A DNA stretch of 62,371 nucleotides, filler included, from Choristocarpus tenellus KU-1152 (lineage: Eukaryota > Protista > Phaeophyceae): NCBI GenBank assembly GCA_964200185.2. It is 12 parts of 12 records of this genome, joined end to end, with 100 filler letters (N's around TTAATTAATTAA, not from the genome) between each part and the next. Parts side by side here need not be neighbours in the genome. Positions count along the whole stretch, not along the records: positions 1 to 7,274 come from CAXNAD020006427.1; positions 7,375 to 10,332 come from CAXNAD020023363.1; positions 10,433 to 16,146 come from CAXNAD020009931.1; 9 more parts are not named here. The stretch is one strand, 5' to 3'. Position numbers and translations under genes: made by a program. This document shows, one piece after another, positions 1-13,149 of the stretch (position 1 is the stretch's first letter; every line of letters begins with the position of its first letter). Under the pieces are notes generated by a model. It saw nothing but the letters and a program-made list of their open reading frames with translations, was not told where the DNA came from and made no database searches.

Positions 1-92
1 CATTATCCATCCAACGTATGGAACCAAACCACCCAAAAATCTCGACATGAAACCAAATGGACAGACTCCACCCCCCCTAGATACTTTGAGCC
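1..92. mobile_element. MITE-like family B, right end (partial)
   Basis: ...CCAAATGGACAG...AGATACTTTGAGCC is homologous to 34191-34332, 29770-29915, 32821-33082 and 37630-37720. Confidence 0.8.
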
Positions 93-94
93 TT

Positions 95-3000
95 TACATA
101 GCATTGTGTTGGGAATGTACTTGGTTTCCCCATCTCAATTTCTCATTTTGTACTCCATCCTTGGGTTCCTGTTTTCCAAACCCACCACAAGAATGCAATG
201 ATATGCTCTTGGTCAGTAAAAGGGATTTCTTAATACACTGAGGGGATACATCATTAGAATCATTATGCTGTTGGCATATCATTACTGATAGTGTGGGCAT
301 TGAATCAGTGACGGTCATTGTGTGCCCACAGCAAGAAATAACACCAATGCTAAGGAATTTTGACCAAATACAGCGGGAGCATGAAAGGCATTCAACACCA
401 TTGCAAGGGCACCCTTCAGCAAGGATTGGGTGGTATTTCTTGATTGGGAAAACACCCACAACAATCTTGGAGCCTCGACCCTACCAGATTGCAAAGAGTA
501 CTTCGGGTTTCCCCTCAGACAACTTCCGTTTCCTAACCATTGTGGAGTACTTGAGCAAAGGTAGTGGGTTGCACGGTACATGGCAAGAAAATATTTGCAA
601 GGCACAAACACGGTGAGAGTTTCATCAAGTGAAGCAACTTGGCAGTGAAAACAACTATTTCCCTTTCACCTCAGTTGGAAGGACAGGGAGTTATCAGGGG
701 ATGGGCCAGCGCGGTGTAAGCTCATCACATCATGCAGGGATCTCTCTCCAGCCTCCAGCAGCATGGAACCCCCTGGACGGAAGGCCAATAGCTGGACCAC
801 GTTGACGTGAGGAGCAATGCTGAAAGTTTAGTGGGAAGAAGCAGAGACCAAGACAGGCAGGCAGCATTAGGAGTGCTTCAGTTGGGTAGGTTGGGTAGGG
901 TGGGTAGAATATTTTACCACCTTCCTCCTGTGGTACAAATGGTGGATGAGATCTGTTCAGAGTCAAGGACATGCCGCTACAATCCAGATACAAGAAACGC
1001 TCTATCAATAGACCGCACATTGATGACAGTGTGAGGATATCTCTACTATTAGTACTATGATTATCAGGAACATTATGCCAACGTGCACTAGTGGTTCAAG
1101 GCAAAGTTAAATGCACTGCCTCGTCACATGCCTTTTAGGGTTATGATGGCATGTACTCATCGACTGTGTATCTCCATCTCACGAGCTGCAAACCAGGCTA
1201 CCTGGGGGTTATCCTGTTGGAGCATGTTGCATGTCAATCACACAGGGGCCGCAGGGGATGCCACCGGTCAGAAACAGTGCAACATCAGGCGTGGTGAGAG
1301 CTACAGCGTCAACAACACAATGGTGTGGAGCACCAAAGGCTTCATATCGTGGAGGGCGTGATGCTGTGGAGGGTTTCAATAAAAGCAAACTAAGACCTCA
1401 AGATATTGTAATATCAGATCCACCTCGCTTGCATTGGGTATCCCACTACCCTTCTGGAGTACAACCAGATACACCGCCACAATTTATGCAAGAGTACACA
1501 AGGTGTACCCGTCCCACCACAGTTCCTTTGCTATTTTGTAACGGACATCCTTCTAAATCACCACACAATACACTTGCTGCATCCACCACACAATGTGATA
1601 ACCGTAAAGATGTCTTGTGCGTCTCTTCTTGTTCAAAGACACAGCAATTTCTTTCTCACGCGCACTAAGAACAAAATGAGATTCCCAGTCGATGGGAACA
1701 GCCTGAGTCAAGGAAATGCAGCTCTCAACCCTCTTTGCGATCAAGCACCAACACCAATTTGCATGGGATTTCACACACACAAGTACAAGGAGCCCTGCTA
1801 AGCACCTAACTGTCCAGTCCACAAGATCTCACTCGAACATATTGCAGAGTAGTGCAGAGACTCACATACTGCATGGTTTTCACGGCTACAGAGACCAACC
1901 CCTGGTCATCCTTGTGCATCAGACCACAGGACACAGACATTGCAAGAGCACGACCCAGACTACTGGAAGATTGGTGAATATTTGTGTCCAGGGTCAACCT
2001 GTACACAGAGCCCTTCCCCCCAGCTCCAAGAAGGGCAGGATTGTAACAAGCATTAGTCTGCATATCCCCCACTGCAGGTAAGAGGTTAAACAGTGGTGTG
2101 AAGTACGGGAAGTGGCTCTGGAACAACATCTCTGTGCCTCCCTCCGGCTGGATGATGTTGACTTCACTCCTTCCTACGGAGGTCTTTGAGGAAGCGGAGG
2201 GATGGCATTGTTGTTTTGGATAGGAATATGTGCCTATGTGCCTATGTGCTGGTGAATTATTCAGTCAGCTGCCAATCTTGTGTTAAATGCGCACATGTTG
2301 ATCCACATGGCCACGTGAAGCATTTCTGTAACTGCCTCACACCCAAAACACTAACCTCTACAAACTCCAAATGCATGCTCCCTATAGAAGCACCACTGAA
2401 TCAGGAGTGCCTCAACACAGATGCCAAGTGTACCATTTCCTCTATGATGGAGAGCAATGAGCAAGATTCTCCCACATCTATGCATATTCTTAACATGGGA
2501 AAACCTGCAAAACCATGACAAATCTATATACACTAAAACACCCATTCCCATACACTAACCCTCACCATACCAACACAGCTCTTACTCGTAGTCGTATGTG
2601 CTGGCCAGCACCCTCAGCAATACTCTTAACGTGACCCAGTGAGATGGCCTTTTGGAGGGCCCACAGTACGATTTGCCCTGCCCTCAACATGAAGCTGAAT
2701 CATTTTGGCACACATGTAGTGCACAAGAGTGTATATTGGAGGGTAGCAAGAGGCATTTGATGAACATTAGCAGACTGTCCACATTAGGGTTGAGGGAAGT
2801 TATGGAGGGTGGACGGGAAGCTACATCAAGGTTCTGTGGCCTTTTTCTGCCTTGGTGTTGGACGACAAGTTGGAATGAGATGAGAAACAGATAAATCCCC
2901 TTCCAAGAGAGTCTCCTCAAAGGATAACATGATGGCATTTGATGAAATGTTTTCATCGCCACACACTATATGGGTACAGCAATAAATACAGTCGAGTTGA

Positions 3001-4450
3001 GGCAAGCAAAGAGAAGCATACCTTCAGGTAACTCATTACCACACTTGCAAGTAGGCCTGCCCTTCACCGTGAAACTAGAATCCATATTCCCTGTCTGCCT
3101 CTGCCTACTCCCACCTAGAACGGATCTATGGGAGCACATTTTCCTGGAGGATCATGATTGCTGGCATCTTAGACTTCCTGTCCAAGGTGGCAAAGAAGGC
3201 GGGATCACAATTGCAAGGAAGTAGACCTGCAGAAGCCACCTTGCCTGCATCTCCTCACACCTTGCAATGGTGACTCGTGTCAATTCTACAAGGAAGCAAT
3301 CTGATACCATTGTCTTTCATCAGACAACCAAAGACGGTGGGCGTGGGATGGTGTTGAGGATGTATGAGTGCCAGGAAGTTCCAAATTCAACAGTTCTTTC
3401 TCATTCCCCTCCCCCAAAATTGTGGGAGAGAGAGTGTATGTATTTCCAACCTGGAAACCAAAGAAGTCCATCATTCACATAACAAGAGACAAAAGGCAAA
3501 AACATACATATTGAGTGAGTGTTGTCCTAGGTCTTAGATTATATCATCAATGCTAAAGAGATAGTCTGCACCACAATTATCTCAAGGTGCCCCAAGAAGA
3601 TCAGAGGTGAGTCCTTGTCCAGGGACTGCAGGCACACATGCTGAACAATCACACATTGCACGCAACAATGTACCAGGTCTACTACAGTGGGCAATGACTG
3701 TGCTGGTGTATTCAGCAGTCGTGATATGTTGAGGAATACAGAATGAGGTTGTACCTGTGAAAGGGGTGTCCCTTTGCTTGTGTCCTTCCCCTTGGACTCC
3801 TCAAGTTCTCTCCTTCAGAGGACAGATGACAAATCGCAGCAAAAGTGGGTAAGGTGTGATGTCATTCAATTGTCAGGTTTGTGAACAAGTGTGAGAGGGA
3901 ATGGCATCATACCAGCAATAGCTTGGAACTTTGACTTACCTCATGTCTCTTCTTCTCACAAGGGACTACTTTCTCAGGAGGGATATACCCTATACTGGCA
4001 TCCGTAGTATTGATTGGTCCGTCCCCACATATTGGGCCAACCCCTTCTCACTCTCTCTCTCACCTCATCAAGGCCACTTGTTCCTGGAGAGTAGCATTTT
4101 CCCTTGCCACTATATCGAGACGAGCATTCATCTTTCAAGAGACTTCACCTGGGTTGGTATCACAGAACAATTGCAGGGGTTTAGGGTTAGGGTCAAAGAG
4201 GGGTTCAAGCCTTCACTAGAAGGTTCCTTTTCCTTAGATTTGGTCCAACATATGTTTGAAATCAACACTGAGGTCGAGTTCAGAAAGCAGTCAGCGTACC
4301 CCTTCCTTGTTAGTTCAACACAAGTATAACAGTCCAGATATATGGTGATTCAACACTCTTCTATTGGAGTTCAAGGTCAAACTAAGAGCAAGTACCGCAT
4401 ATTTTGTGAGTAAGTCGTAGACTGAGAGTGGGATTGAAGGAAGAATAGGT
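95..4450 (-). mobile_element. Degenerate Ty1/Copia LTR retrotransposon internal region (gag-integrase-RT order)
   Basis: Frameshifted minus-strand remnants lie in Copia order: gag-like ~3900-4400, zinc-knuckle-like ~3130-3170, integrase-like (GVLVYIDL, NGTLGICVEALLIQ) ~2350-2550, and RT-like (GGKIFYPPYP...EALLMLPACLGL at ~830-930; end-of-RT-like at ~130-230). Many stops; no LTR pair identified. Confidence 0.65.
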
Positions 4451-5229
4451 CACATGCAGTTCAGAACGAGGGGAGCACCATTCATCAGCATTCAATACAT
4501 ATACACTGGGTTAGATGCTTGCTCACTGAGGTGTGTTATCTGCAGTAAACTGCTCCTCCTTCATCCTTTGCCAACTACCCAGGACTTGAACACCCCTCAC
4601 CCAATCCAATCTCACCGCTTCTCTTGCCCTCATAAACATTGCCCCCAGTTCCTCTCTGAGTTGGGTTTCTTTGGCCTTGAAATCATCTAACTGATTTAGG
4701 CAAAATACCAGGCTTACCCTGTAGAATTTGGATGTGTTTTGGATGTGTTTACGGGGAGAGAGGCTATGTTGACAAGTGTGGAATGGTGATTTGTATAAGG
4801 GAATATTGGTAAGGAAAGGAGTTGGTCAGTTGGCAGCTATGGGCTATCAATCCAAGGAGCTATTGTTTTGGAATATTGCACAGGTCGTATTCTTTGCCGA
4901 AATCGTGTGTTTGTGACTGGAAGAGTTACACCCAATCATTAACTCAAACCCTGACCAAAATGCAGACCTTGTGCAGTTTGAACCAAACTCAAATACAAGT
5001 AACATGTCAAGACGAGGTCTGGATTCTATCAACATGACTCTGGAGTGTGCCACTGGAGAGCTACTACACGCACAAGCCCACCATAGAAAACGAAATGTGT
5101 CACTAGCTTGTCCATATTTTCCCATGCAAACAAACTGGCCTCATTCAAAGGATTATGTACTCACACCTGACAGGAAAGCAAATATTAATCCTTGCACTAT
5201 TCTAGTCCTCACCTAGTCCTCCTCAGGGT

Positions 5230-5700
5230 CTCACCGAGCTGTTGAGACCTCGCGTTTTGCTCGGCCACTTCCTTTGATGCACGCAACCAGTTCAGGGAAG
5301 TGGCCAATGGGAGAGTCAAGAACAAGTCAAAGCAATAATCATGGCCAGTCAGCGTTGGAGATATCATCAACATAGTCATTCCAGCAAATGACTATAATGT
5401 GGGATGGGCCGAGTTGATTTGATTGTTCAACTCAGGATCAGGGGGCAAGGGGAGCTTCATCCTGCAACCACATCAGCACAACGAAATCAGGGCTTCTCAT
5501 CAAACAGGAGGGTATGCCTTGTAGGGAAAGACACCATTGGGAGGGTTGTGGGCACAAGGAAGAAGGAATACTAAGATATGTCAACAATGGGGGTACAGTG
5601 ACAATCACAATCACCTGTTGGTCTTGCTTGGATTTGTTGTTGCCTGCCAAAGTGACTCTTGCCAACTCATCCAGGTTGGCATGGAGCTGAGCCATGATAA
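5230..5700 (-). mobile_element. Copia reverse transcriptase remnant
   Basis: Minus strand gives CLMRSP (resembling the Copia CxLxKSLYGL motif) followed by HIIVICWNDYVDDIS, which contains YVDD at ~5365-5376; frameshifted. Confidence 0.55.
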
Positions 5701-6209
5701 TCTTCGAACTCCTCCATACCTATTGCAGGGAATGGGCAGGAGAGAGAGGGGGGGTTCTCTTTGTGTTTTTATCCAGGAAAATATAAAGAAGATGGAAGTG
5801 AAGGCAATGGTGCAGGCACGGTATTCGCAGGAGGAGTATGGGATGTTGAAGTATTGGCGACAAACAGTGTAGCTATTTCTAGAAGACATCTTGTTTGGTG
5901 TCATGAGGATTTTGTACGTAGGGTTAACAAGGTGAATATCCGAGAAAAGAACAAGAAAAGGATGAATACATAGTATGTACAACAAAATATGCCCAGAGTT
6001 CGAGATACCTACTATATACATGCACTACGCTTTGTGAATCATTGAATAGGCTTTCAATGTACTTTGAAACCGATGACCTTACAGTATGTATAGTGTATTG
6101 GGTGTTCAAAGGAGGTAAGCTTTGATATGGGATAAGTGAGTGGCTGACATTTTCCGGTGCTCTCTTTTGTATCTATTTACTCTAGTTAGTCAAAGTAATA
6201 GAGAGGTCT

Positions 6210-6380
6210 CCGGGGGTGCACTTTAAGGATGCTGAAAAAATATGTCCAAAACATGACCTTTTTTATGAATACTTACAGGGTATTTTCCGTATTCTTTCTA
6301 AGGGTCTCAAACAATGGAAAAATCAATGCTCTCAAGTCAAACTTAGAACTTCATCCATAGAAATACGGATGTATTGGATG
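6210..6380 (+). repeat. Dispersed repeat family C (possible hAT-type MITE end), 3 copies
   Basis: Aligns with 28077-28250 and 57760-57930 (shared AGGATGC and AAATCAAYRCTCT...AAATAYGG motifs). The 57760 copy begins CAGGGGC, resembling hAT termini. Confidence 0.6.
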
Positions 6381-6438
6381 AGATTAAAGCTGGCTTAGAA
6401 CACAAAATACGGACAATACCTGGGTACCTCTTACTCAC

Positions 6439-7179
6439 TTTGTCTCTTTCCTGCAGTATGAACTATTGTGATTAAAAAACTATTCTGATGACAAGAAGAA
6501 TTAAATTTATTCAAGGCAGCAACGCGCAATCTAGTATGGTTTTCTCATCCCGTTATTCCTGTTTCTTTCTATATTGCATGTACTTTTTAACCTCTCTGAT
6601 CTCCATCTATTGCTCTGGAGCTTCATTCTGAAATAGTGTTGTTCTGAATATTTTTTGTTAGCAATAGAGACCTGGTCATCACTTTCATGTGAAATGAACA
6701 AAAATGGGAAAACTCGTACCCTCTGAGATACTTTGACCCATTTTGCCAAGAATTCAGATGAAAAGTTGCTGATGAAAAAAATGGTGCAGTAACTATGGAA
6801 ATAATGGCCTTACTCCGTTGACATTTTCAAGCTTCATCTACTTTATTGCAATTGAGGTGATACTTTTTCATGTGCTGAGGATCAACACTGCACCGACGGC
6901 CCCCTAAGCTTTATGTTTCTTCTTTCTTCATCTCCAACCCAACAGGGAAAGACCTGATGGTACCTTCTACAAATTGATTCCCCTCACTTACACAAAAAGT
7001 GCAAACAAAATATTTCCGAACTAAAGCTGGTGCCCAAGCGTTTCCATGCCCACAAGAAAAGACCAAGGGAGACGAGGAGGGTATGTGTCTTCAAAGCCCG
7101 GCCATACCTTGACCAGTGTGAAGGCAATCATTGCCAAAGCTGCCACAGTTGTTACAAGCCACCAGAACTGGAGCATTGC
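6439..7179 (-). CDS. Internal exons of an unidentified membrane protein (72-nt exon plus putative 12-nt microexon)
   Basis: Exon 7179-7108 has tttcag|...|gtatgg boundaries and encodes AMLQFWWLVTTVAALAMIAFTLVK (one TM helix). The candidate next exon 6450-6439 is ctgcag|GAAAGAGACAAA|gtgagt (ERDK), phase 0 at both ends. Confidence 0.5.
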
Positions 7180-7374
7180 CTGAAAGGTGACCGACAGGGA
7201 GAGGGGGGGGGGGGGGGGGAGGGAGGGGGAATCAGGAATGGAGGGGGTGAAGTGAAAGTTTTTGGGAGTACCTTNNNNNNNNNNNNNNNNNNNNNNNNNN
7301 NNNNNNNNNNNNNNNNNNTTAATTAATTAANNNNNNNNNNNNNNNNNNNNNNNNNNNNNNNNNNNNNNNNNNNN

Positions 7375-10332
7375 GGTATAAGGACAGGTGGTCGCAGAAA
7401 GGCCAAGGTGGGCAGGAGGACTTGGAGTGAGGAGGACAGCAACCGCCTGGTGAAGGTGATACAGACCTCGCGGACAAAAGGTAAAATTTTCTGTGTATTT
7501 TTTTCTTTCCTTCCGATAATTGAAAAAAAAGAAAGTTATGTAAGGAGGTGTACAGGATGAGGCTTGTAAACGAAGTAGGCGTTGTAGAGGGTGGTTGGTC
7601 GAGGACCTCCTTCCTCTTCCCCTCTCTCCCCCCCACTGTGACTCATGCAACATTTGGATAATTCCTTGTGGTTTTGATGTACGTTCAGGCTAGAGCTCTA
7701 TGCAATGTCAAGAGACAATATAAATGTCCGTTGGTGCTGTGGAATGATCTGCATATCAACATGTGTAGGACAATCACTACCTACGAGAGCACCCTGAAAT
7801 CACAAGCGAGTCATTGTCCTCTAAGTAGCACTGAATTCTGCTCGAGGGTGCTTGCCGTTCTAAAATGATTGATAAGAAAATAGTTAAATGTCCAGTAGTG
7901 AATAACTCAGTACAGATAATCTCTGCGTGCAATCTCTGCCTCGAATCGCATCCCTAACCCTGTATCCTACAGTAGTAGTTGTAGGCCTAACCCTAAGTTC
8001 TTTTTTTGTTGTCTTTTCTATTTTATCATTTTTTGCGTTCTGAAGGCATGGATAGCGGAGGTAGCGGCGGGGGTGGTACTAGCAGTCGCAAGAGGAACCT
8101 TTTCTGGACATGGGTTTCCAAGGAGGTGGGAGGCGGTAAAACGGCCACACAGTGTAAGATGCGATGGGAGAGAGTTATCAGTCCAGACGTGAAGAGAGGT
8201 CCCTGGAGTGAGGAGGAGGATGTGATGCTGATGGAAGCCCTTAAAAGGATGGGTCACCAGCGCTGGAATGAGGTTTGTTTTTTATTTTTTATTGTTTGGT
8301 GGGGAGGGTGTTGTGGATATATATATATTTTTTCAAGATGTTTTCTGGAGTTTATATACTGGTGTGCTCTATTTGTGTGTGTGTGTGTGTGTGTGTGTGG
8401 AATAGTTGGTGATAACAGTGGTGTTTTTTTTCTTCTTATATTCTTGCAGTGTTTTCAAATTTTCTTACAGTTCTGATTCAATGGTAGCGGTTCTCTCCTC
8501 CGCTGGATGAAGGGTTCTCGGTCTCGTGTTTCCGATAGTTCCATGGTGGGTGGTGTTTTTGTGCACTTTAGGTTGAGCAGCATACTGCAGGGAATGAATT
8601 GGTTGATTGGCTCTTGATGGGTTGTGGTGGAGTTGTTGGGTCCAAGTACACTATGTACTTTGGTCTTGTTGTCTGTGTGGAGAGAGGCAAAATGCCTTGA
8701 GGCTGCGGGAGGTAGGTCCCATTCCATTCTGCCCAAGTTTCCTTTCAATAATGGGGCACAGCAGTATTTCATGTCCCCCAGCATGATACTGTTTCAAAAG
8801 GAGAAAGTGCCTCTCAGGTGTTGAACGCCATTCTGAATTAGTGTTATAATATAATGTCGTCTGTGCCCCTAACCCCTCTGAGCCGCCGATAATCGTCACC
8901 CTTTCAAGCGGTCAATTGCCCTAACCCTATCGAGGTGTGCAGAGTTCTACTCTTCTCATATTCAGTGGCACGTAGAGTGTAGATAGTAAAAATATGGTAA
9001 TGAGACAATAATAATAATAATAATAATACAATGATAAAATTGATGATAATAAAAATAGTAGTGATAATAAAATATGAGAATGATAATGAAAATGGTAATA
9101 ATAATAAAATAATGGTAAGAATGTTAATAATACTATTAAGGTAGTAATGATGTAAGTTTGTGCCTCGGGTATAAATATCATATACTATCAATTGGGCGGT
9201 ATCCAAGAGTGCAGTTTGTTGTGGCATCCACTTATAATGATGAAGTATTGATGAATGGGAAAATAAATCAACCTCGCCTGCCCTCCCCTTCCATCACCTC
9301 CCCAGGTGGCCAAGGAGATGGACGGTCGTACATACAAGCAGTGTCGTGAGAGATACATGAACTACCTGAGAGAGGGACTAAACATGGGTGAGTGGGAGGA
9401 ATGGGAGAACAACTTACTATTGGAGAAGCACAAGGCCTTTGGGAACAAGTGGGCCACCATTTCTACCTTCCTCAAGGGTGAGAAATGGGTGTTGGGTGGG
9501 GGAGGGGGGGGGACTGGTATTTATACTACTAGTGGTTAAACATGATGGGGGAAAAAAATGTACTCGCCGCAGTATTTTTTTTAACTTTTCTGAATGTTTT
9601 CTTTTTTATCTGTGAGATGTGTCAGACCGAGTCACGTCGTTAAAGAGGGGTTTAAGAAAGGGAATTTTGGATGGGAAGGAGGCTGCCAGCAATATTTAGC
9701 ATGTGAATAAATTAGTAGAATATGAAAAATTTCCGATCTTTTTGCTGAGTGAGGAAGTGAGGGTTGGTGGAGTGGTATGATGTTATGATATTTACCTATA
9801 GTGGTATGATGAATTTTATATAGATACATATTACAACATCAGCGGTTTGTTTGCATGTTGATACCGTACTTCCAAAAGTAGAGGGCAAACCCTAACCTTT
9901 TTCATAGTGCTGTTCTTGATTTGCTACCAGGGAAAGTTAGTTAAGTGAAGCTAATAGTTAAGTGACCTGATAGCTCGGTTTTGAAGGACTTAAACGTAAG
10001 TAGGAGATTGGCGTAAATCCATACAGAGCGAGTGAGAGGTATACCTTTAATTGTGTCTTTAGTAGTGAAAAGGCACAAAGTCTGTACCAAGAGCTTCCAA
10101 TAACTTTTAGAAAACAAAAAAAAAAGAAAGGACATTCTACGAGCTGTCCGTCCCACATGTTTTTTTTGTGTAATGTTGGGTGTGTTGGCATCTGTACATT
10201 TTCTTTTGTTTAATTGTCTTCCCAGGTCGCTCTGAGAACATGTTGAAGAACCAGTTCTACAAGCTGCGCAGGGTGCAGGCCAGGAAGAGGAAGGGGGGGG
10301 GGGCAAGGAGAAAAGCAGGTGAGAACAACGCC
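7375..10332 (+). CDS. R1R2R3-type (3R) MYB transcription factor, partial
   Basis: Exons 7375-7480, 8046-8272, 9306-9477 and 10226->10332 have GT-AG boundaries and compatible phases (1,0,1). They give three MYB repeats: WSEEDSNRL...WTWVSKEVGGGKTATQCKMRW; KRGPWSEEED...WNEVAKEMDGRTYKQCRERY; GEWEEWEN...WATISTFLKGRSENMLKNQF. Both ends are cut by linkers. Confidence 0.92.
8985..9150. repeat. AT-rich (AAT)n-derived low-complexity tract in MYB intron
   Basis: Degenerate ATA/AAT triplet repeats. Confidence 0.8.
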
Positions 10333-10432
10333 NNNNNNNNNNNNNNNNNNNNNNNNNNNNNNNNNNNNNNNNNNNNTTAATTAATTAANNNNNNNNNNNN
10401 NNNNNNNNNNNNNNNNNNNNNNNNNNNNNNNN

Positions 10433-11075
10433 CATGCCTACAATTGCCGCATCATTCCCCTTGATCAATTGTTGACACGCACCCCCCTTACACTCTGTCC
10501 CCTGCCCCCAACACGCCTGGCCCTTGCCCCACCGTGTCTCTGCCTGCAGTTCCTGCGACACAAAGCAGCAAGTGCTGTGCCACCAAAGGATGTGGCGAAC
10601 TCGCCAAGAGAGTGAGAGGACAACGTGTCCCGTAAGAGCTGTGTCTAAGAGCACTAGCTGCTTGTATATTTCGCCGTGCGCTGTTGTCCATCTTAATAGT
10701 TACGCTCGTTTGTTGTGCCTTAGTTGTTGTGTTCGCTGTGTGTTGATTTCCTATGGCGTGTGTTAGCACTCTAGAGCACTCTAGAGCACTCTAGAGCGCA
10801 CCAGCATGAAACATATTCAGCGTAATCATTGAGCGATGAGTACGTAAGGGGGTTTAGGTAGTGTGCCTCTTGAGCGCCTCGTTCAGTGCCTACTGATAGT
10901 GTTACGCTGTGCTTTTGTTGTGATGTGAGTTGCTGGTGTCTTGTGGTGGCTGCTGCCGTGGAGACTAGACTACAACAATTACGAATCGTATCCGTTGATA
11001 GCGCTGATGTTATCGTTGAGTGATCGGCAAGCGAGGGGGCCAACGTGTGCGCCTCTTGGGCACCCCACTTAATAT
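10433..11075 (+). mobile_element. Probable 3' end and LTR of an LTR retroelement
   Basis: Purine-rich tract GAGAGTGAGAGGACAACG followed by TGT at ~10626. It contains a 10-bp GCACTCTAGA x3 repeat (10766-10797) and diverged internal repeats (10826-10878 vs 11013-11063). No partner LTR is visible. Confidence 0.35.
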
Positions 11076-11929
11076 CCACGAACCTCCTTGATGAGGGAAG
11101 TTCTACAATGCAGTGGGCAAGAAGATGATCAAGGCCCTCTTTTGTTCAGTCCACTCTCCTGTCTTATCCTCTTTTACTGGTTGCACGGTGCATTGATTGA
11201 AAGCAATACATCAGTGTGTAGAATAGGGTTAGGGTTTAGTCGGCAGTACAGTGCGATTGTGATTGAAAATGTTACAGTGAAACTGTTGATGGTACATGTG
11301 GAATTCATTGTACCGTTTGGGGTAAATGTATAATCTTACACTGCTTCTCTGGCGGCTGTTATTATCTGGGCAGACATTGGAAATTTTCTGGATAAGTGGG
11401 TGGGCAGTCAATCACGCCAAATTTAAGATGCTGCAATCCACTGGATACAAGACAATCTCTCTCTCTCTCTCAACTACAATCAAGTATGTCTACACAATCT
11501 CATAATCGACCTTACAATCCTGCAATAAAGCATTCCCCCGATGGAGGGGGGGGGGGGGTAGGGGCAGGCAACATAATGATGTATCACCACAGACTGGGAC
11601 TCATACATACATACTCTTATTATAGCTAGAATATATCTATCCCAGAGCTGTACTATATATATGCATTTCATAAGTGTACAATATACTTACCGCAGAGCAC
11701 AAATCCTATTTGAAGGGGGAGGAGGGAGGGGTAAAGTGGATCTCAACAACTTCAACAACTTGGCAACAGATTCAATGGAATTTCTTGTGCATGCTAGTTA
11801 ATGTACTGCATACTGAGCAGGAGGGGAATTCGTTTATGTGTTTGGTGAATCTTGGAGAGATAGATGTATGGGTATGATGCCATTGACTAAATACATGCTG
11901 ATTTAGCAAGTGGAAGTCAAGAACGGTAT

Positions 11930-12140
11930 AAGGTGCTTGTGTCCCTCATTTGTCCTCCTTTGATGAGGAGTACTAACCTGACCACGGTTTCATAGGCTGG
12001 ACAATGAAGTGGAATAGACTGACCCCTTCTCGTGTAGTTGGAGCATTATTGCTTGCTTGTACTCATAGAGACTGAGTACAAACCGGCTTATTCAGTGGCA
12101 TGGACTCTAGAGAGCTATTATGGTACTGGCATACGTTGGA
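11930..12140 (+). mobile_element. Copia RT C-terminal remnant
   Basis: PSRVVGALLLACTHRD resembles the Copia PYRxxVGxLxYLAxxTRPD motif; stops are present. Confidence 0.5.
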
Positions 12141-13149
12141 CCCTGCCAATATTTACCCTGTTCGATCTCGGTGCATTTTCCCTGTGAAACGTCGAAATCA
12201 TCTGCAGTTGTTTCTTTTTGAAGTATGTCATTTTCGAGGTACATCTGTTGCTCGGGCATTTCAAAAATGAAAAGGTCAGCACCTACTTTGGTACGAATTA
12301 GTTAATATGGGCGTAAGATGGGCAAATCAAACTTGATAATAGAGTTATCGTTTAGAGGATATCCCTTGAGTATAGTGTTGATTTTGAGCTGCTTATTCAG
12401 CAGTTTTGGCTGTGTTGCTACAAAATATAAGGTGGATAATTGTGTTTTGTAACAGGAATGTATTTGGACAAGACATGCCAGTAGTTACGTGTAAGTACTA
12501 ATTACTATGGAGTAACAAGTATCACATGCAAATTCAACAGGTTGAGTTGCACACACTCTACATTGGTATTTTCAATATGTTGATGTTCCTCCTGAAATGA
12601 TTCAGGTCTTAGTTTCTTTTAGGAATGCTCACGGTGAAGGTGTCTCCAGCAACTGTTATTGTACTATATTGCACTATGCCCCAACCTTGGTCCGCCTCAT
12701 CCTATAAATTAGAGTGGATCCTGCAGTCCCCACCATCAACGTTTTTCACATACCCGAAAGGTAGATGAGGAGAAGTTCTCCGACAGTCAGTCACAGTTCT
12801 CACAGTTCTCTACTAATAGAATAGCTGGGAGGGAAGTTGGGATTAGGGTTGTTTGGTTCTACTCCTGCCATCTTTCCGCCGTGTTAGTGTTGTGAACTGT
12901 GACACTTCAATAGACCTCAGTTCGATTAATCGAAGTTTCCAAATAAACTGAACTGAAAATGTTTCGGTTGTTCGATAACTTTTCTTCGGTCACAATACAA
13001 CTGGATGTATAACCGAACGCCTCAGATACGATGGAACCGCACAACCCAGTGCTTTGTTCAGCAGGTGTCACTACACATTCAGGGCTTCGGATCTACTCCA
13101 TTCAAGCCGGGGAGTTTTTGCTTCACAGCCCCATGCACCACTCCGCCGC

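Noticed and set aside
7319-7330. Recurrent TTAATTAATTAA as a biological motif
   Set aside because: Always centred in exactly 44+44 Ns; it is an assembly linker with stops in all six frames.
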